A stretch of DNA of 57,922 nucleotides from Candidatus Hermodarchaeota archaeon (GTDB lineage: Archaea; Asgardarchaeota; Hermodarchaeia; Hermodarchaeales; Hermodarchaeaceae). Each line of letters begins with the position of its first letter. The stretch's first letter is position 1. The DNA is taken from the NCBI GenBank assembly GCA_016839365.1, contig JAEOUH010000008.1, positions 1 to 57,922 on the forward strand, given 5' to 3'. A program made the translations under genes and the position numbers. The notes under the pieces were generated by a model that had not been told where the DNA came from, made no database searches, and saw only the letters and a list, made by a program, of their open reading frames with translations. Shown piece after piece: positions 10,181-19,718 of this stretch.

Positions 10181-10357
10181 CTAAAAGTCGTAGGCCATCA
10201 AGGTCTTACGCTTGTTGGCTTTGGCTCGGTGTGTAGCCTTGGTGATGATTGCTTCGACAGCATCATCGATTGCTTTGTAAGCGTCTGCAGAAACATTGAA
10301 GCCCATTTTGTGGGCTTTCGCAGCAATCGCTTTCTTAACGATTTTATCAACAGCCAA
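10181..10357 (-). CDS. Short histone-fold protein (truncated-alpha3 / DUF1931-type histone)
   Basis: VSADAYKAIDDAVEAIITKATHRAKANKRKTLMAYDF carries the RKT..D histone signature; TTG start with GGAGG 8 nt upstream. Confidence 0.8.
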   Translation of the reverse strand: MAVDKIVKKAIAAKAHKMGFNVSADAYKAIDDAVEAIITKATHRAKANKRKTLMAYDF

Positions 10358-10522
10358 TTTTGTATCCTCCAACTTGAAGACACGGCTTCTCCTCCCATTT
10401 GAATACGAGAAGAAACGCCGCTAAATTGAGGTTAGGCGACTTTTGCTTTAAAAAGATTTCTGTCGCCTTCTTTGCCCTTATAAAGTATATAAATCGGCTT
10501 TTTTTCCGAAAAAAAGGTTTAC

Positions 10523-11062
10523 TTAGATGTGAAAATCCAAACCTTGTTCAGCTAAAGCTTTTTCCAAAACCCGCTGCCTCTCTTCGTAATTTCGTATCGC
10601 TTCACCGAGCATTGGCAGAAGGTCTTGATCTTCGCCTTTAAAGCTTCGATTCAGCGTTTCAAAGGCCGGAATCATATCTGCACCAACCCGTTGAGCACCC
10701 AAAGCTGCCATCAGTAGGGCTTCTCGCTCCTTTTTCGTCTGAACAGTCTCACTCTGTGCAAGAAAATAATAGAAAACGCTCTTGATGAGCTTAAAAGCCC
10801 AAAGAATACCAAAGAATTGCCACATCTGTGCTTTGGGCTCTTTAGGCATCTCCAGGAGTTGTTGCAGAATCTTACCTACCTCTACTCGGGCTTCGGAAAA
10901 TGTCTCTGCAGCTTTCTTAAATTCCCCTTGTTTGGCTAGCGCGCTTCCATTATTCATCAGTTCAAAATACCGTTTAGGGAGAGCATGAATCATTTTGTAG
11001 GTATGAGCTTCTCTCTCAATGCGGCTCTTTTCGGTCTCTTCATTTTCGGGCACGTCGCACAT
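10523..11062 (-). CDS. Alpha-helical/TPR-like hypothetical protein
   Basis: GSALAKQGEFKKAAETFSEA TPR-like helix pair; overlaps the end of the upstream gene. Confidence 0.55.
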   Translation of the reverse strand: MCDVPENEETEKSRIEREAHTYKMIHALPKRYFELMNNGSALAKQGEFKKAAETFSEARVEVGKILQQLLEMPKEPKAQMWQFFGILWAFKLIKSVFYYFLAQSETVQTKKEREALLMAALGAQRVGADMIPAFETLNRSFKGEDQDLLPMLGEAIRNYEERQRVLEKALAEQGLDFHI

Positions 11063-12065
11063 AACCTCCTTCTAACGCCAGTTCTTTGAAGATTCGATAA
11101 TCATCTTTTGCCAATCGAAGGAGCTTAGCAGCCTCATCATCTGGGATTTTATCCGTCTGTGCAAGAAGCTTAGCTACTCCTCTAATCCTTTCCCGGACGG
11201 TAAGAAACGCCGTTTCACTAATATTCCGCAGTTCCACACCACTTTCTCCTAGCACCTTCTCGGCGTGTGCGACGGTATCAGCTATTCCTAATGATTTGGC
11301 TTCAAAGCCCACTGGCAAAACGATGTGTTCTTCAACTAATAGACAGGTGTATGTGAGTCCCATATTGGATGAATCTGCAAAGGTTTCCTCATAAGCGCGA
11401 TTGGGGAGACTAAGAATGAACGACATGTTCTGTGGCCTATCGCTTAGCACTTGCAGCGCTGCACCTGCATCATCGAAATACATTACAGGAATTCGTCGAC
11501 CACGCATCGTCTGAAGTGCTCGAATCACCGACTGGTTTCTTGATTTCCGTCCAACAGCGAGAATTGGCGTGCCCCGCAGGAGCCCATACAAAAGAATGTC
11601 TAATCCTGGACCAAAACGACGCCAAAGCCTAATAATTGCCGGACGGAGAGCTTCAGTTTCCAGAGGTTTTTCGAAAGTTGGTAGATAATCTTGCACAACC
11701 TCTCTAGCTACGGGATTGAAATCTCGAAAGGGTGCAATTTCTCCGGTCCAGCGACGTAGCTGCTTTTGATAGCGGTCCAAGAATAAGGCGTTGAGGGTCT
11801 TGAGTACTGCCATAATTGAGACGTCATCGTCTTCTCGGTCGGCGAGGGCCACGCTCAAGACGGGATCTGCGAAATCCCAGACGAACTGATAATTACCCGT
11901 TTCGATGGTTGTGACATCATCTGCAAGGAGGTCTTGCCCAAACATACGAAGAGCTGAGAGAAATCCTGAGACGAGTTCAGGACTTACGTTCACTGTCATC
12001 GGGCCAAACCCAATAGAAGTCAGCACCAGTCCGCTTTTATGAAAATGGTACAGTTGGTGTATCAT
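11040..12065 (-). CDS. Longin domain + DENN-like domain protein
   Basis: Asgard-type longin MIHQLYHFHKSGLVL..LVSGFLSALRMFG..FLDRY..WTGEIAPFRDF; C-terminal LLYGLLRGTPILAVG resembles the cDENN core. Confidence 0.7.
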   Translation of the reverse strand: MIHQLYHFHKSGLVLTSIGFGPMTVNVSPELVSGFLSALRMFGQDLLADDVTTIETGNYQFVWDFADPVLSVALADREDDDVSIMAVLKTLNALFLDRYQKQLRRWTGEIAPFRDFNPVAREVVQDYLPTFEKPLETEALRPAIIRLWRRFGPGLDILLYGLLRGTPILAVGRKSRNQSVIRALQTMRGRRIPVMYFDDAGAALQVLSDRPQNMSFILSLPNRAYEETFADSSNMGLTYTCLLVEEHIVLPVGFEAKSLGIADTVAHAEKVLGESGVELRNISETAFLTVRERIRGVAKLLAQTDKIPDDEAAKLLRLAKDDYRIFKELALEGGYVRRARK

Positions 12066-12181
12066 GGCAAGCCCGTGGTCATGTTCGTAAGTTCGTATAA
12101 ATGGGTTTCCACTGAATTTCAAAACCTAAGAAGAAATTTCCAAAGTACGCAAAACAGAAGAGGTCGATTCTGAAGCCGTTG

Positions 12182-13054
12182 TTAATCGGCGCGAAGTCTG
12201 CGGCGAAACCACAATGCACGAACGAGTAAGATCACGATGATAACTAGCACAATGGTCGCAATTGCAGCTGCAATGTAAATTGGTAAGGGGTTTGGCGGAG
12301 GGCTTAACGGGATGTTTGTGGAAAGTATGTGGTAATAATAGGATAGATAAATGAATGAGGAGTCAACGGAAGTAATCCGGGTTTCATTTGCTTGGTAGTA
12401 GATGCCAACATCTTGGTCAATGACGTATGTGGTCTCGGTATCTTGATCTTGGCTAGAGCTTTGGTTGAAGAATCGATAACACATTTGTTCGCTATCTCCC
12501 AGCGTGAATGCTGAGTAAGTGATGGATTGCCAAAGGCTTCCCCCAACAATTACATTTAATCCAGGAGTAATGGTGCTCAGAGTAGTGTCATCAAGGAAGA
12601 ATCCAGGAAGCCCCTGGTTTATGGGGTAGTCAACGAGACCAGAGCTCACCCCCGTTGGAGCCGGAGCAGGAACAGATCCGTTTAAGGTGATCGTGGTTTG
12701 CCAGGAACTGCTATTCGACACTGTGACGACGTTGCTGAAGACTATCACTGAGAAATTGTAATAGGCCTGGAAAATAGCACCATTCGGAATAAGTTGGATC
12801 ACCAGGATAGACAAATTCACATGTTGATGCCAATGCATGGTATAGTTTCCGGGAACAAGAACGAGCTCCGTCCATTGATTGATCTGGACCGAGGATTGGT
12901 TGTAGAGTATGTTAATGTAGCCATAATTATAGGTCGTCAAATGACCTTCACTTGGAACATAGGCTGTCACATGAAAGGCCTGCAATGCATAGGAATTCCA
13001 TCCAGTGGCCAGGATGAAGAGAATGAGGGCTATGCTCAGTGTTTGTCGAGACAT
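12182..13054 (-). CDS. Secreted, C-terminally anchored surface (glyco)protein
   Basis: Signal peptide, many N-x-S/T sequons, Pro linker + TM helix + RRR tail. Confidence 0.7.
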   Translation of the reverse strand: MSRQTLSIALILFILATGWNSYALQAFHVTAYVPSEGHLTTYNYGYINILYNQSSVQINQWTELVLVPGNYTMHWHQHVNLSILVIQLIPNGAIFQAYYNFSVIVFSNVVTVSNSSSWQTTITLNGSVPAPAPTGVSSGLVDYPINQGLPGFFLDDTTLSTITPGLNVIVGGSLWQSITYSAFTLGDSEQMCYRFFNQSSSQDQDTETTYVIDQDVGIYYQANETRITSVDSSFIYLSYYYHILSTNIPLSPPPNPLPIYIAAAIATIVLVIIVILLVRALWFRRRLRAD

Positions 13055-13243
13055 CTTGACACAAAATCCTCATACATCGATTTAGTAGGGGCTTTTTAAA
13101 TTCCTTTAGTGACTTTACAGACTTCCTCTTTTTTCCCTTTATGTTCTATTATACAGGGCTCCATGATTCTTTTATTTGATGTTTCTGCCTATCAGCATAC
13201 TATTTGTAGAGCATATGTCTAACCTCCGTTACAAAAGGGGATT

Positions 13244-13816
13244 ATGATGAGCGACGAAGAACAACTCCGTCGGGCAATTGAAGAACACCTTGAGAATGCT
13301 GAAGATTTCATCCGTGAGGGTAAACGATCACGCGCCTTTTTAGAATTCAAGGAAGCGGCAGGAAAACTAGAGGCAGTTGGGGGAACCAGTCAGCTCGAAC
13401 AATTATGGGCACATGCGGCAACAGGCTTTACGGCTGCAGAAGCACCTTTCGAGGCAGGTCAAAGCTTTCTACGAGTTGCGGACCTTGAAATCCAAGCCGG
13501 ACGAAAAAGCGAAGCCCGTGACTCCTATCTTGCGGCAGCCAACTCCTTCTTTGCAGTTCGTAACAAGAATCAAGACCTTTGGGTGTCAATCACACAAGCT
13601 GTTGAAAAAGCCATTGATCTGTCAATCGCCCTCCACGAAAATTCGCTTGCCATTGAACTGCTTTACAAAAATGCCACTATTCATCATCGCGAAACTGGCT
13701 TCACCTTCGACGCGATCAATACCCTCGAACGCGCTAAAAAGCTGTTAGAGAAAGAGCCCAATCACCCTCTCTCCCAAGAGATTGACGATTTATTCCAAGA
13801 ACTCGTCGATCATTAA
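13244..13816 (+). CDS. TPR-like protein resembling NSF attachment protein (alpha-SNAP)
   Basis: AGQSFLRVADLEIQAGRKSEARDSYLAAANSF..AVEKAIDL..DAINTLERA helical-hairpin pattern. Confidence 0.6.
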   Translation: MMSDEEQLRRAIEEHLENAEDFIREGKRSRAFLEFKEAAGKLEAVGGTSQLEQLWAHAATGFTAAEAPFEAGQSFLRVADLEIQAGRKSEARDSYLAAANSFFAVRNKNQDLWVSITQAVEKAIDLSIALHENSLAIELLYKNATIHHRETGFTFDAINTLERAKKLLEKEPNHPLSQEIDDLFQELVDH

Positions 13817-13878
13817 TATCGCTAGTCTTGTACCAAATCCTCGCGCAACCGGACTATCTGCGCCTGGCAATTTACAGT

Positions 13879-15066
13879 CTAGCCCAGCTGCGCGAGGGCT
13901 TGGCGGCTCTGCTGCACGATCCATTCTTGCTCTTCCTCGGTGAGGGCGGGATGTACAGGAAGGGATAATACCTCCTTAGCTGCTTGCTCGGAAACAGGCA
14001 TGAATCCTTCTTTGTACTGAAAGAGTTTACGATAAATTGGAGTAAGATGAAGAGGGACTTCATAATACACTGCTGCACCAATCTTTGCTTCGTGTAGGGC
14101 TTTCTGAACAACATCTCGTTTTCGGGGAGAAAGAATCCGAATCGTATACAAGTACCAGTTATGAGTTGCCCATGAAGCCTCATTGGGTAATGCTATCCCC
14201 TCAATATCACGAAGGTTTTTCGTTAAATATTTGGCATTCACCTTCCGGGCATTTAGAAACTCGGGGAGACGGTTTACCTGGGCTAGACCAATAGCTGCTT
14301 GAATCTCAGGCATCCGATAATTATGCCCTAGCTGCACGTATTCATAAGGTTTGATTTCACCATGGGTACGGATTTGGCGTAATCGTTCAGCTAAATCCTC
14401 ATCGTTGGTGGTGAGTAATCCGCCTTCACCAGTTGTGATGACTTTACTGGGATAGAGGCTATAACATCCCACATCTCCGATGGTGCCCACATCCTGTCCA
14501 CGATATTTGGACCCGTGGGCTTGACATGCGTCTTCGATAATTCGGATATCATGCTTACTGGCCATCTCGATAAGGGGATCCATATTGGCGGGGTGTCCAT
14601 ACAAATGAACAGGGATGATGGCCTTTGTGCGGGGTGTAATTGCAGCTTTTACTTTTTCAGGATCCAAGTTGAAGGTGTCCATTGAGATGTCAGCAAACAC
14701 CACCTTTGCTCCTGTCAACAGCACCATGTTGGTCGTTGCAATGAAGCTGAATGAGGGAGCGATGACCTCGTCGCCTGGCTTCACATCAAAAGCTAATAAT
14801 GCTGCATGGAGTGCAGCGGTTCCAGAGTTTACTGCGATTGCGTGTTTGGCACCAACAAACTTGGCAAAGGCTTCTTCAAATCGAAGGGTGTAAGTCCCAG
14901 CTCCTGACTTATGCGTCAGCATGCCTGATTGTAGTACCTCTGTCACCGCTGCTATCTCTTCTGCACCTAAAATAGGACGGTTGGAAGGAATGAAACGGTT
15001 TGGTGACCAGCTCGACGGTGGTGGCAAAGTCGATGTCTCCACTCCATTACTATGTGCTTCCCCCAT
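13879..15066 (-). CDS. DegT/DnrJ/EryC1/StrS family PLP aminotransferase
   Basis: AVNSGTAALH, IIPVHLYG, IIEDACQAHG, SLYPSKVITTGEGG, GHNYRM. Confidence 0.93.
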   Translation of the reverse strand: MGEAHSNGVETSTLPPPSSWSPNRFIPSNRPILGAEEIAAVTEVLQSGMLTHKSGAGTYTLRFEEAFAKFVGAKHAIAVNSGTAALHAALLAFDVKPGDEVIAPSFSFIATTNMVLLTGAKVVFADISMDTFNLDPEKVKAAITPRTKAIIPVHLYGHPANMDPLIEMASKHDIRIIEDACQAHGSKYRGQDVGTIGDVGCYSLYPSKVITTGEGGLLTTNDEDLAERLRQIRTHGEIKPYEYVQLGHNYRMPEIQAAIGLAQVNRLPEFLNARKVNAKYLTKNLRDIEGIALPNEASWATHNWYLYTIRILSPRKRDVVQKALHEAKIGAAVYYEVPLHLTPIYRKLFQYKEGFMPVSEQAAKEVLSLPVHPALTEEEQEWIVQQSRQALAQLG

Positions 15067-15138
15067 TTAAAATTAACTGTTTTTACGTAAATTCGAGTTT
15101 AAACGGAGGATGAGTGAAATTTTTCGTAAATCACAAAC

Positions 15139-16089
15139 CTATAAGTTGAGGACAAATATCGCTAGACGATGTACTGGTGTAAACCCTAGTTCAGAATAGA
15201 GTTGAAATGCAGGTTCATTTGTAATATCAAATTCAAGCTGCATCTTGGATAATCCGTATCGCAAGGCACCTTGAAGGCTGAAGGCTATGAGAGATCGACC
15301 CAAGCCCTGTCGGCGATAACGAGGACTAACCGCGATAGGTCCCAACATCCCCACGTCCTGAATCGGGCGAACAACCGTAAGTCCCACAATCTCCTTGTTT
15401 TTGACGAGGACGGTCGTCGCTTCTTCAACAAAGGGACGTACCCGGTCCAACCAATATTGAAAGCATTCCCTTCGCTGTTTTACTGTTAGATCAAGCCAAA
15501 ACCGGTCTCTACTATCATCAAACATCTCAAAGAAAGGCCCTTCAAGGTCTTCGTTGGAAAAATCTGCCAAGGGACGAAGTTGAAATCGCGGAGGAAAATC
15601 GAGTTCAGTTATGGATAGCTGTGTCAGGTCAAGTTCCAAACGAAGTTCCTCTGTTGACAGGTGCATTCCTTGTGCTTCATACCACTTCTTGTATACTTCA
15701 TACAATGCTTCGTTTTGTGTGGTGATTCCAGTGATTTCAGCTTCAAAACGCTCAAAGCCCTGATCTTTTGCATGAGCAATTGCTGTTTTGAGAAGTTGTC
15801 CACCAATCTCACTTTGTCTTGGTCCAGGCTCAGTGATTGGATGCCACCGACCGATAGTAGCTGTTGTTGGAATAAAGGAAAAGAACACTAACCAACCCAC
15901 TATCTCGTCGTCTGAATATGCAATAATCGGAACGTTAAACCTGCGGTTCTTCCACCATTCGATAGTATTACGAAACGAGTCGATCGTAGGGGGTTCGGTA
16001 ATGAGGCTATCTCGTTGTCTAGCCTGATATGAAAACTCGGCAATCTTGTCTGAATTGACCTCGTCCCAGGATTGAATAGTAATTTTCAT
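15139..16089 (-). CDS. Tandem GNAT N-acetyltransferase
   Basis: AVSPRYRRQGLGRSL..NEPAFQLYSELGF in the C-terminal domain; degenerate N-terminal GNAT domain. Confidence 0.85.
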   Translation of the reverse strand: MKITIQSWDEVNSDKIAEFSYQARQRDSLITEPPTIDSFRNTIEWWKNRRFNVPIIAYSDDEIVGWLVFFSFIPTTATIGRWHPITEPGPRQSEIGGQLLKTAIAHAKDQGFERFEAEITGITTQNEALYEVYKKWYEAQGMHLSTEELRLELDLTQLSITELDFPPRFQLRPLADFSNEDLEGPFFEMFDDSRDRFWLDLTVKQRRECFQYWLDRVRPFVEEATTVLVKNKEIVGLTVVRPIQDVGMLGPIAVSPRYRRQGLGRSLIAFSLQGALRYGLSKMQLEFDITNEPAFQLYSELGFTPVHRLAIFVLNL

Positions 16090-16181
16090 TAGACCAGCCG
16101 TCAGCGTGGTCTCCTACATAAATGAATTGTAAAATAAATCCAATGTGGGTCTATATCCCTGCAGATTAGTTGCCGGTTGTA

Positions 16182-16604
16182 TTAGAGCCCTTTAATCACT
16201 TGCATGAGATAACTGTGGTGACGTTTTTCGTCTTCAAGAATGTGTTCTAAGATTGCCTTGATTGTTGGTTGCTTGACAATTTTGATTTGTTCTTGGACAA
16301 GCTCAATCATGTGTTCCTCGATTTTGATGTGTTTCTCCAGGTCACGTTTTGCTACCAACTTGTCAGTCCATTTTTCTTCGTGGAAGTCTTTGAATGAGTA
16401 AGGCTGTTTCTTCAACACCCGTTCGATAGTTTCATACATCTTCGCGTGTTTACTCGAGTCCATACCTAACTCATCAACGATGAGTTTAACCGCTGCGTTA
16501 TCAATCGTGGCTGCTGTATTCTTATAGAGCTTCACGGCCTGTTTTTCGATATTGATAGCTTTTTGAATGAAATCGAGTAATTCTTTATGGGGACCTTCAG
16601 ACAT
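16182..16604 (-). CDS. Ferritin-like / rubrerythrin-type di-iron protein
   Basis: IEKQA..DSSKH..IEEHM..EDEKRHH; start reassigned to MSEGPH. Confidence 0.8.
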   Translation of the reverse strand: MSEGPHKELLDFIQKAINIEKQAVKLYKNTAATIDNAAVKLIVDELGMDSSKHAKMYETIERVLKKQPYSFKDFHEEKWTDKLVAKRDLEKHIKIEEHMIELVQEQIKIVKQPTIKAILEHILEDEKRHHSYLMQVIKGL

Positions 16605-16685
16605 GATGTTCACACCAGCAGATACGTTAACACCGAACTGAGATTTCCCAGTAAAAAAGACTTCTCCTCTTCGCATTGTAGCCCT

Positions 16686-17111
16686 TTAGAATTTCCAAAT
16701 CTCTTCTTTGAGTATCCTGTGGTGACGTTTTTCGTCCTCAATGATATGTTTGAGGATAGTTTTTTGTGTCTTATCGTCAGTTGCGACGATCTCATCTTTA
16801 ATGAGTTCGATCATCTTATTTTCACGTTCGATGTGGTGCTTGATGGCTTCTAGTCCCTGGTTTCGTTGCTTCCAGGTGCTCAAATAGGTTTTTTCCTCCG
16901 CTTGCTCGCGTGAGGGTTTCTCCTTCTTTAAGGTATCAAGTAGCATCTGAACCATGCTTGCATGTTTCGTCGAATCTGCAGCGCAGATTTCAAACAAGAT
17001 TTTGATGCCCGGATGATCAATGTCTTTCATTTCTTTCCGGAGTGCGCGTGCCGATTCCTTTTCCAAAGTGAGTTGGGTTTCAAGTAATTCGATTAGTCTT
17101 TCATTTGTCAC
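16686..17111 (-). CDS. Ferritin-like / rubrerythrin-type di-iron protein (paralogue)
   Basis: LEKES..DSTKH..RENKM..EDEKRHH. Confidence 0.8.
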   Translation of the reverse strand: MTNERLIELLETQLTLEKESARALRKEMKDIDHPGIKILFEICAADSTKHASMVQMLLDTLKKEKPSREQAEEKTYLSTWKQRNQGLEAIKHHIERENKMIELIKDEIVATDDKTQKTILKHIIEDEKRHHRILKEEIWKF

Positions 17112-17118
17112 GTTTCTT

Positions 17119-17679
17119 TCACTTCTCCTTGAGCTTATCTAGAAGAGAACTGTAATATGATTGAACTTGTGTTCCCGTTCGTGTGTCTATTGCCTTAAAC
17201 TCTTTGGCTAATTCATCCATTTCTGCCTTCGACAATAATTGGCTGGCTGCTGGGAACAATTCGGTGTCTTCTAGCTTGATATGGGGCTCAATGAGGTCAG
17301 TATATTTATCTAGACAGCTGATGACTCTTTCGCGGGCGGATGGATCACCGGTAAACATTGGACGTGCAAAGCGACGAAGCTCTGCGATATAGGCAAGCAG
17401 GTACATATGCTCTTCAACGAGTTTGTCAATGGTTTCCTCAAATTCCGTTGTGCCTCCATGTTCAACAATGACTGGGAATAAGAATTGCTCTTCCTTTGAA
17501 TGATGCACTATATCGGCGTATGTGCTCCAAAAGTCGATAAGCCACCAATATCGGCGGGGGCGGATTGGACCTCCTGCTTCAATTTCATCTCGGAATGACT
17601 TTGTGATCGGTACTGCTTTCGCAATCAGCCGATGTTCCTGGGCAAGATGTTCTAGCGGTTGCATATTCACGAACTCCAT
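17119..17679 (-). CDS. Hemerythrin (HHE) domain protein
   Basis: EHRLI..HHSKEEQFLFP..EEH..HIKLEDTELFP. Confidence 0.9.
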   Translation of the reverse strand: MEFVNMQPLEHLAQEHRLIAKAVPITKSFRDEIEAGGPIRPRRYWWLIDFWSTYADIVHHSKEEQFLFPVIVEHGGTTEFEETIDKLVEEHMYLLAYIAELRRFARPMFTGDPSARERVISCLDKYTDLIEPHIKLEDTELFPAASQLLSKAEMDELAKEFKAIDTRTGTQVQSYYSSLLDKLKEK

Positions 17680-17868
17680 AGATCTTCAGGATAGTGTTAA
17701 GACAGTGAACCCTGATATAAAAACCTCTGATTTTCGTGTTTTCGTCTTAGTCTGCTTCAGACCATATGAATGAGAAGAAGGATGAAGATCTATTTCTAAG
17801 GTAAATTTTGTCTCTACACAAATAATAAGAGACTAACCCGAACAATACCTGGTTTAGGTTAAATTTAG

Positions 17869-19626
17869 GTGTATATAATGGCACGTTTACGCCCCCGCTA
17901 CCTTGTATTCCTTATCAGCATCCTGATGATGGTGAGTGGTATCAGCATGGCTTGGGCTGCTCAAAACAACTTCGGAACCGTGCAAGCCACTGAAATCACT
18001 CTTGTGACTTCGGACGGTGTCCCCATTTCTGGCATTCTTCAACGTCCCCTTGCCGCCACAACTGCAACGCCACTCCCCGGTGTAATCGTTATTCACGGGG
18101 TCATTCAATCCAAAGAATGGGTCATGGCCTTTGGCATTGAACTAGCCCGCCGCGGATTCGTTGTTCTCACCATCGATGCCATGGGACATGGTAATTCCGG
18201 AACTAGTACAGTTCCAAATACGGATCGCGGAGGCCTGGCTGCCCTAGAATACTTGGACAGCCTCACCTACGTAAGCACTCTGGGTATGATTGGTCACTCA
18301 ATGGGGGCTGGAATTGCCATCCAAACCATCAATGCATCATCCATACAAGTGGATAGTTTAGTTATTGTGGGTGGAGGTAGTAGTAGCATGGCGACGTGGG
18401 CAAACGCTACCTATCCTCAGAACCTATTCTTTGTGGTGGGGCTCTATGATGAGCTCTTTGACGTTCCAGAGCTTCTGAACACTCTTGCAGGTCCGTTTAA
18501 CACCACGGCACCCGTGGTTCCGGGACAGCTCTATGGTGATTTTGCCACAGGAACTGCGCGTGGTATTATCCTCCCCCCAACCAATCATCTGTTTGAAACC
18601 ATTGATGCCACCTGTATTAGCTCAACCACTGAGTGGCTCATGGCAAGCCTCAAAGGAACTCCGGATACTTATTGGATTCCAAGCCAAAATCTGCTCTATC
18701 CCCTCTGGGTTGCTGGTGGGTTTTTGGCCTGTCTTGGAGCAATCCTTTCGGTCTTTGCCCTGTTCTCAATTCTCATTGGGTTCACTGTGTTTCGAAAAAT
18801 CCAACAGTCACCAAACTCATTATATCATGCGAAAAACTCGCGCTATCTAGTGATGGGTCTTCTCTATGGTCTCCTTGGCCTTGGGGCTTTGTTTACTATG
18901 CTTCTTGTTAATCTCCCCTTTACATATCCACAGAGTCTGGGTTTTCCTGTGATCTTGGGTTTGTTCTTCGGAAGTCTTGTTGCAGTATTACTGCTTATCG
19001 GAATCAAATATATGATGAATCGAAAAAGTGCTACTCCCACCTGGAATGATTTTGGAGGTTTTAACGGAGGTGAACAGAAAGACTATAGGAAGATCGGACA
19101 AACCATCAGTATCGGATTTCTTCTTGGTTTCATTGGGATTGCTTGGCTTAACCTTTGGGTTCTGCCAGTAGATCTGCTCCTCGCCTTGGACTTTCGTGTT
19201 TTTCTCCCATTCATGAAAGCCCTTTCACCACAGCGAGCGCTCTTTCTTCCTCTCTATTTCATACTTTTCCTACCCATCACCTTAATTGATGGACTCTGGA
19301 TAATGGGCTACCTTCGTACGAAGCCCATGGAGAATTGGTGGAAAACTCAGACTTCATGGACAACGAAAGCTATCTTCATCAAAGTCCTCGTCATGGCATT
19401 CATTCTTCTCATCCAAACCATCGCTAGTCTCGCCATTGGTGGTCCTTTCCTCTCAGGATTCATGGGTTTCTATCTACTGTTCCTCTGGATATTCATCCCA
19501 ATGTACGCGGTTTCCACGTCTTATTTAGCCTGGTCCTACCGTTTGAGCAATCGATTCTATATCTCTGTCCTGTTCAACGCATTCCTCTTCGCATGGCTCA
19601 TGGCTGCCATCCTTCCCATCATGTGA
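17869..19626 (+). CDS. Alpha/beta hydrolase with multi-pass membrane C-terminal domain
   Basis: VIHG, DAMGHGNS, GHSMG nucleophile elbow; about 8 TM helices at the C-terminus. Confidence 0.85.
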   Translation: MYIMARLRPRYLVFLISILMMVSGISMAWAAQNNFGTVQATEITLVTSDGVPISGILQRPLAATTATPLPGVIVIHGVIQSKEWVMAFGIELARRGFVVLTIDAMGHGNSGTSTVPNTDRGGLAALEYLDSLTYVSTLGMIGHSMGAGIAIQTINASSIQVDSLVIVGGGSSSMATWANATYPQNLFFVVGLYDELFDVPELLNTLAGPFNTTAPVVPGQLYGDFATGTARGIILPPTNHLFETIDATCISSTTEWLMASLKGTPDTYWIPSQNLLYPLWVAGGFLACLGAILSVFALFSILIGFTVFRKIQQSPNSLYHAKNSRYLVMGLLYGLLGLGALFTMLLVNLPFTYPQSLGFPVILGLFFGSLVAVLLLIGIKYMMNRKSATPTWNDFGGFNGGEQKDYRKIGQTISIGFLLGFIGIAWLNLWVLPVDLLLALDFRVFLPFMKALSPQRALFLPLYFILFLPITLIDGLWIMGYLRTKPMENWWKTQTSWTTKAIFIKVLVMAFILLIQTIASLAIGGPFLSGFMGFYLLFLWIFIPMYAVSTSYLAWSYRLSNRFYISVLFNAFLFAWLMAAILPIM

Positions 19627-19718
19627 ATCCACCTACAGGCAGTCGCGCAACAGAGATTACGAGCGTAAGGTTAAAGCCAAAGGAGTTCCCCTAACAAATT
19701 GGACTGGGTGCACATACT

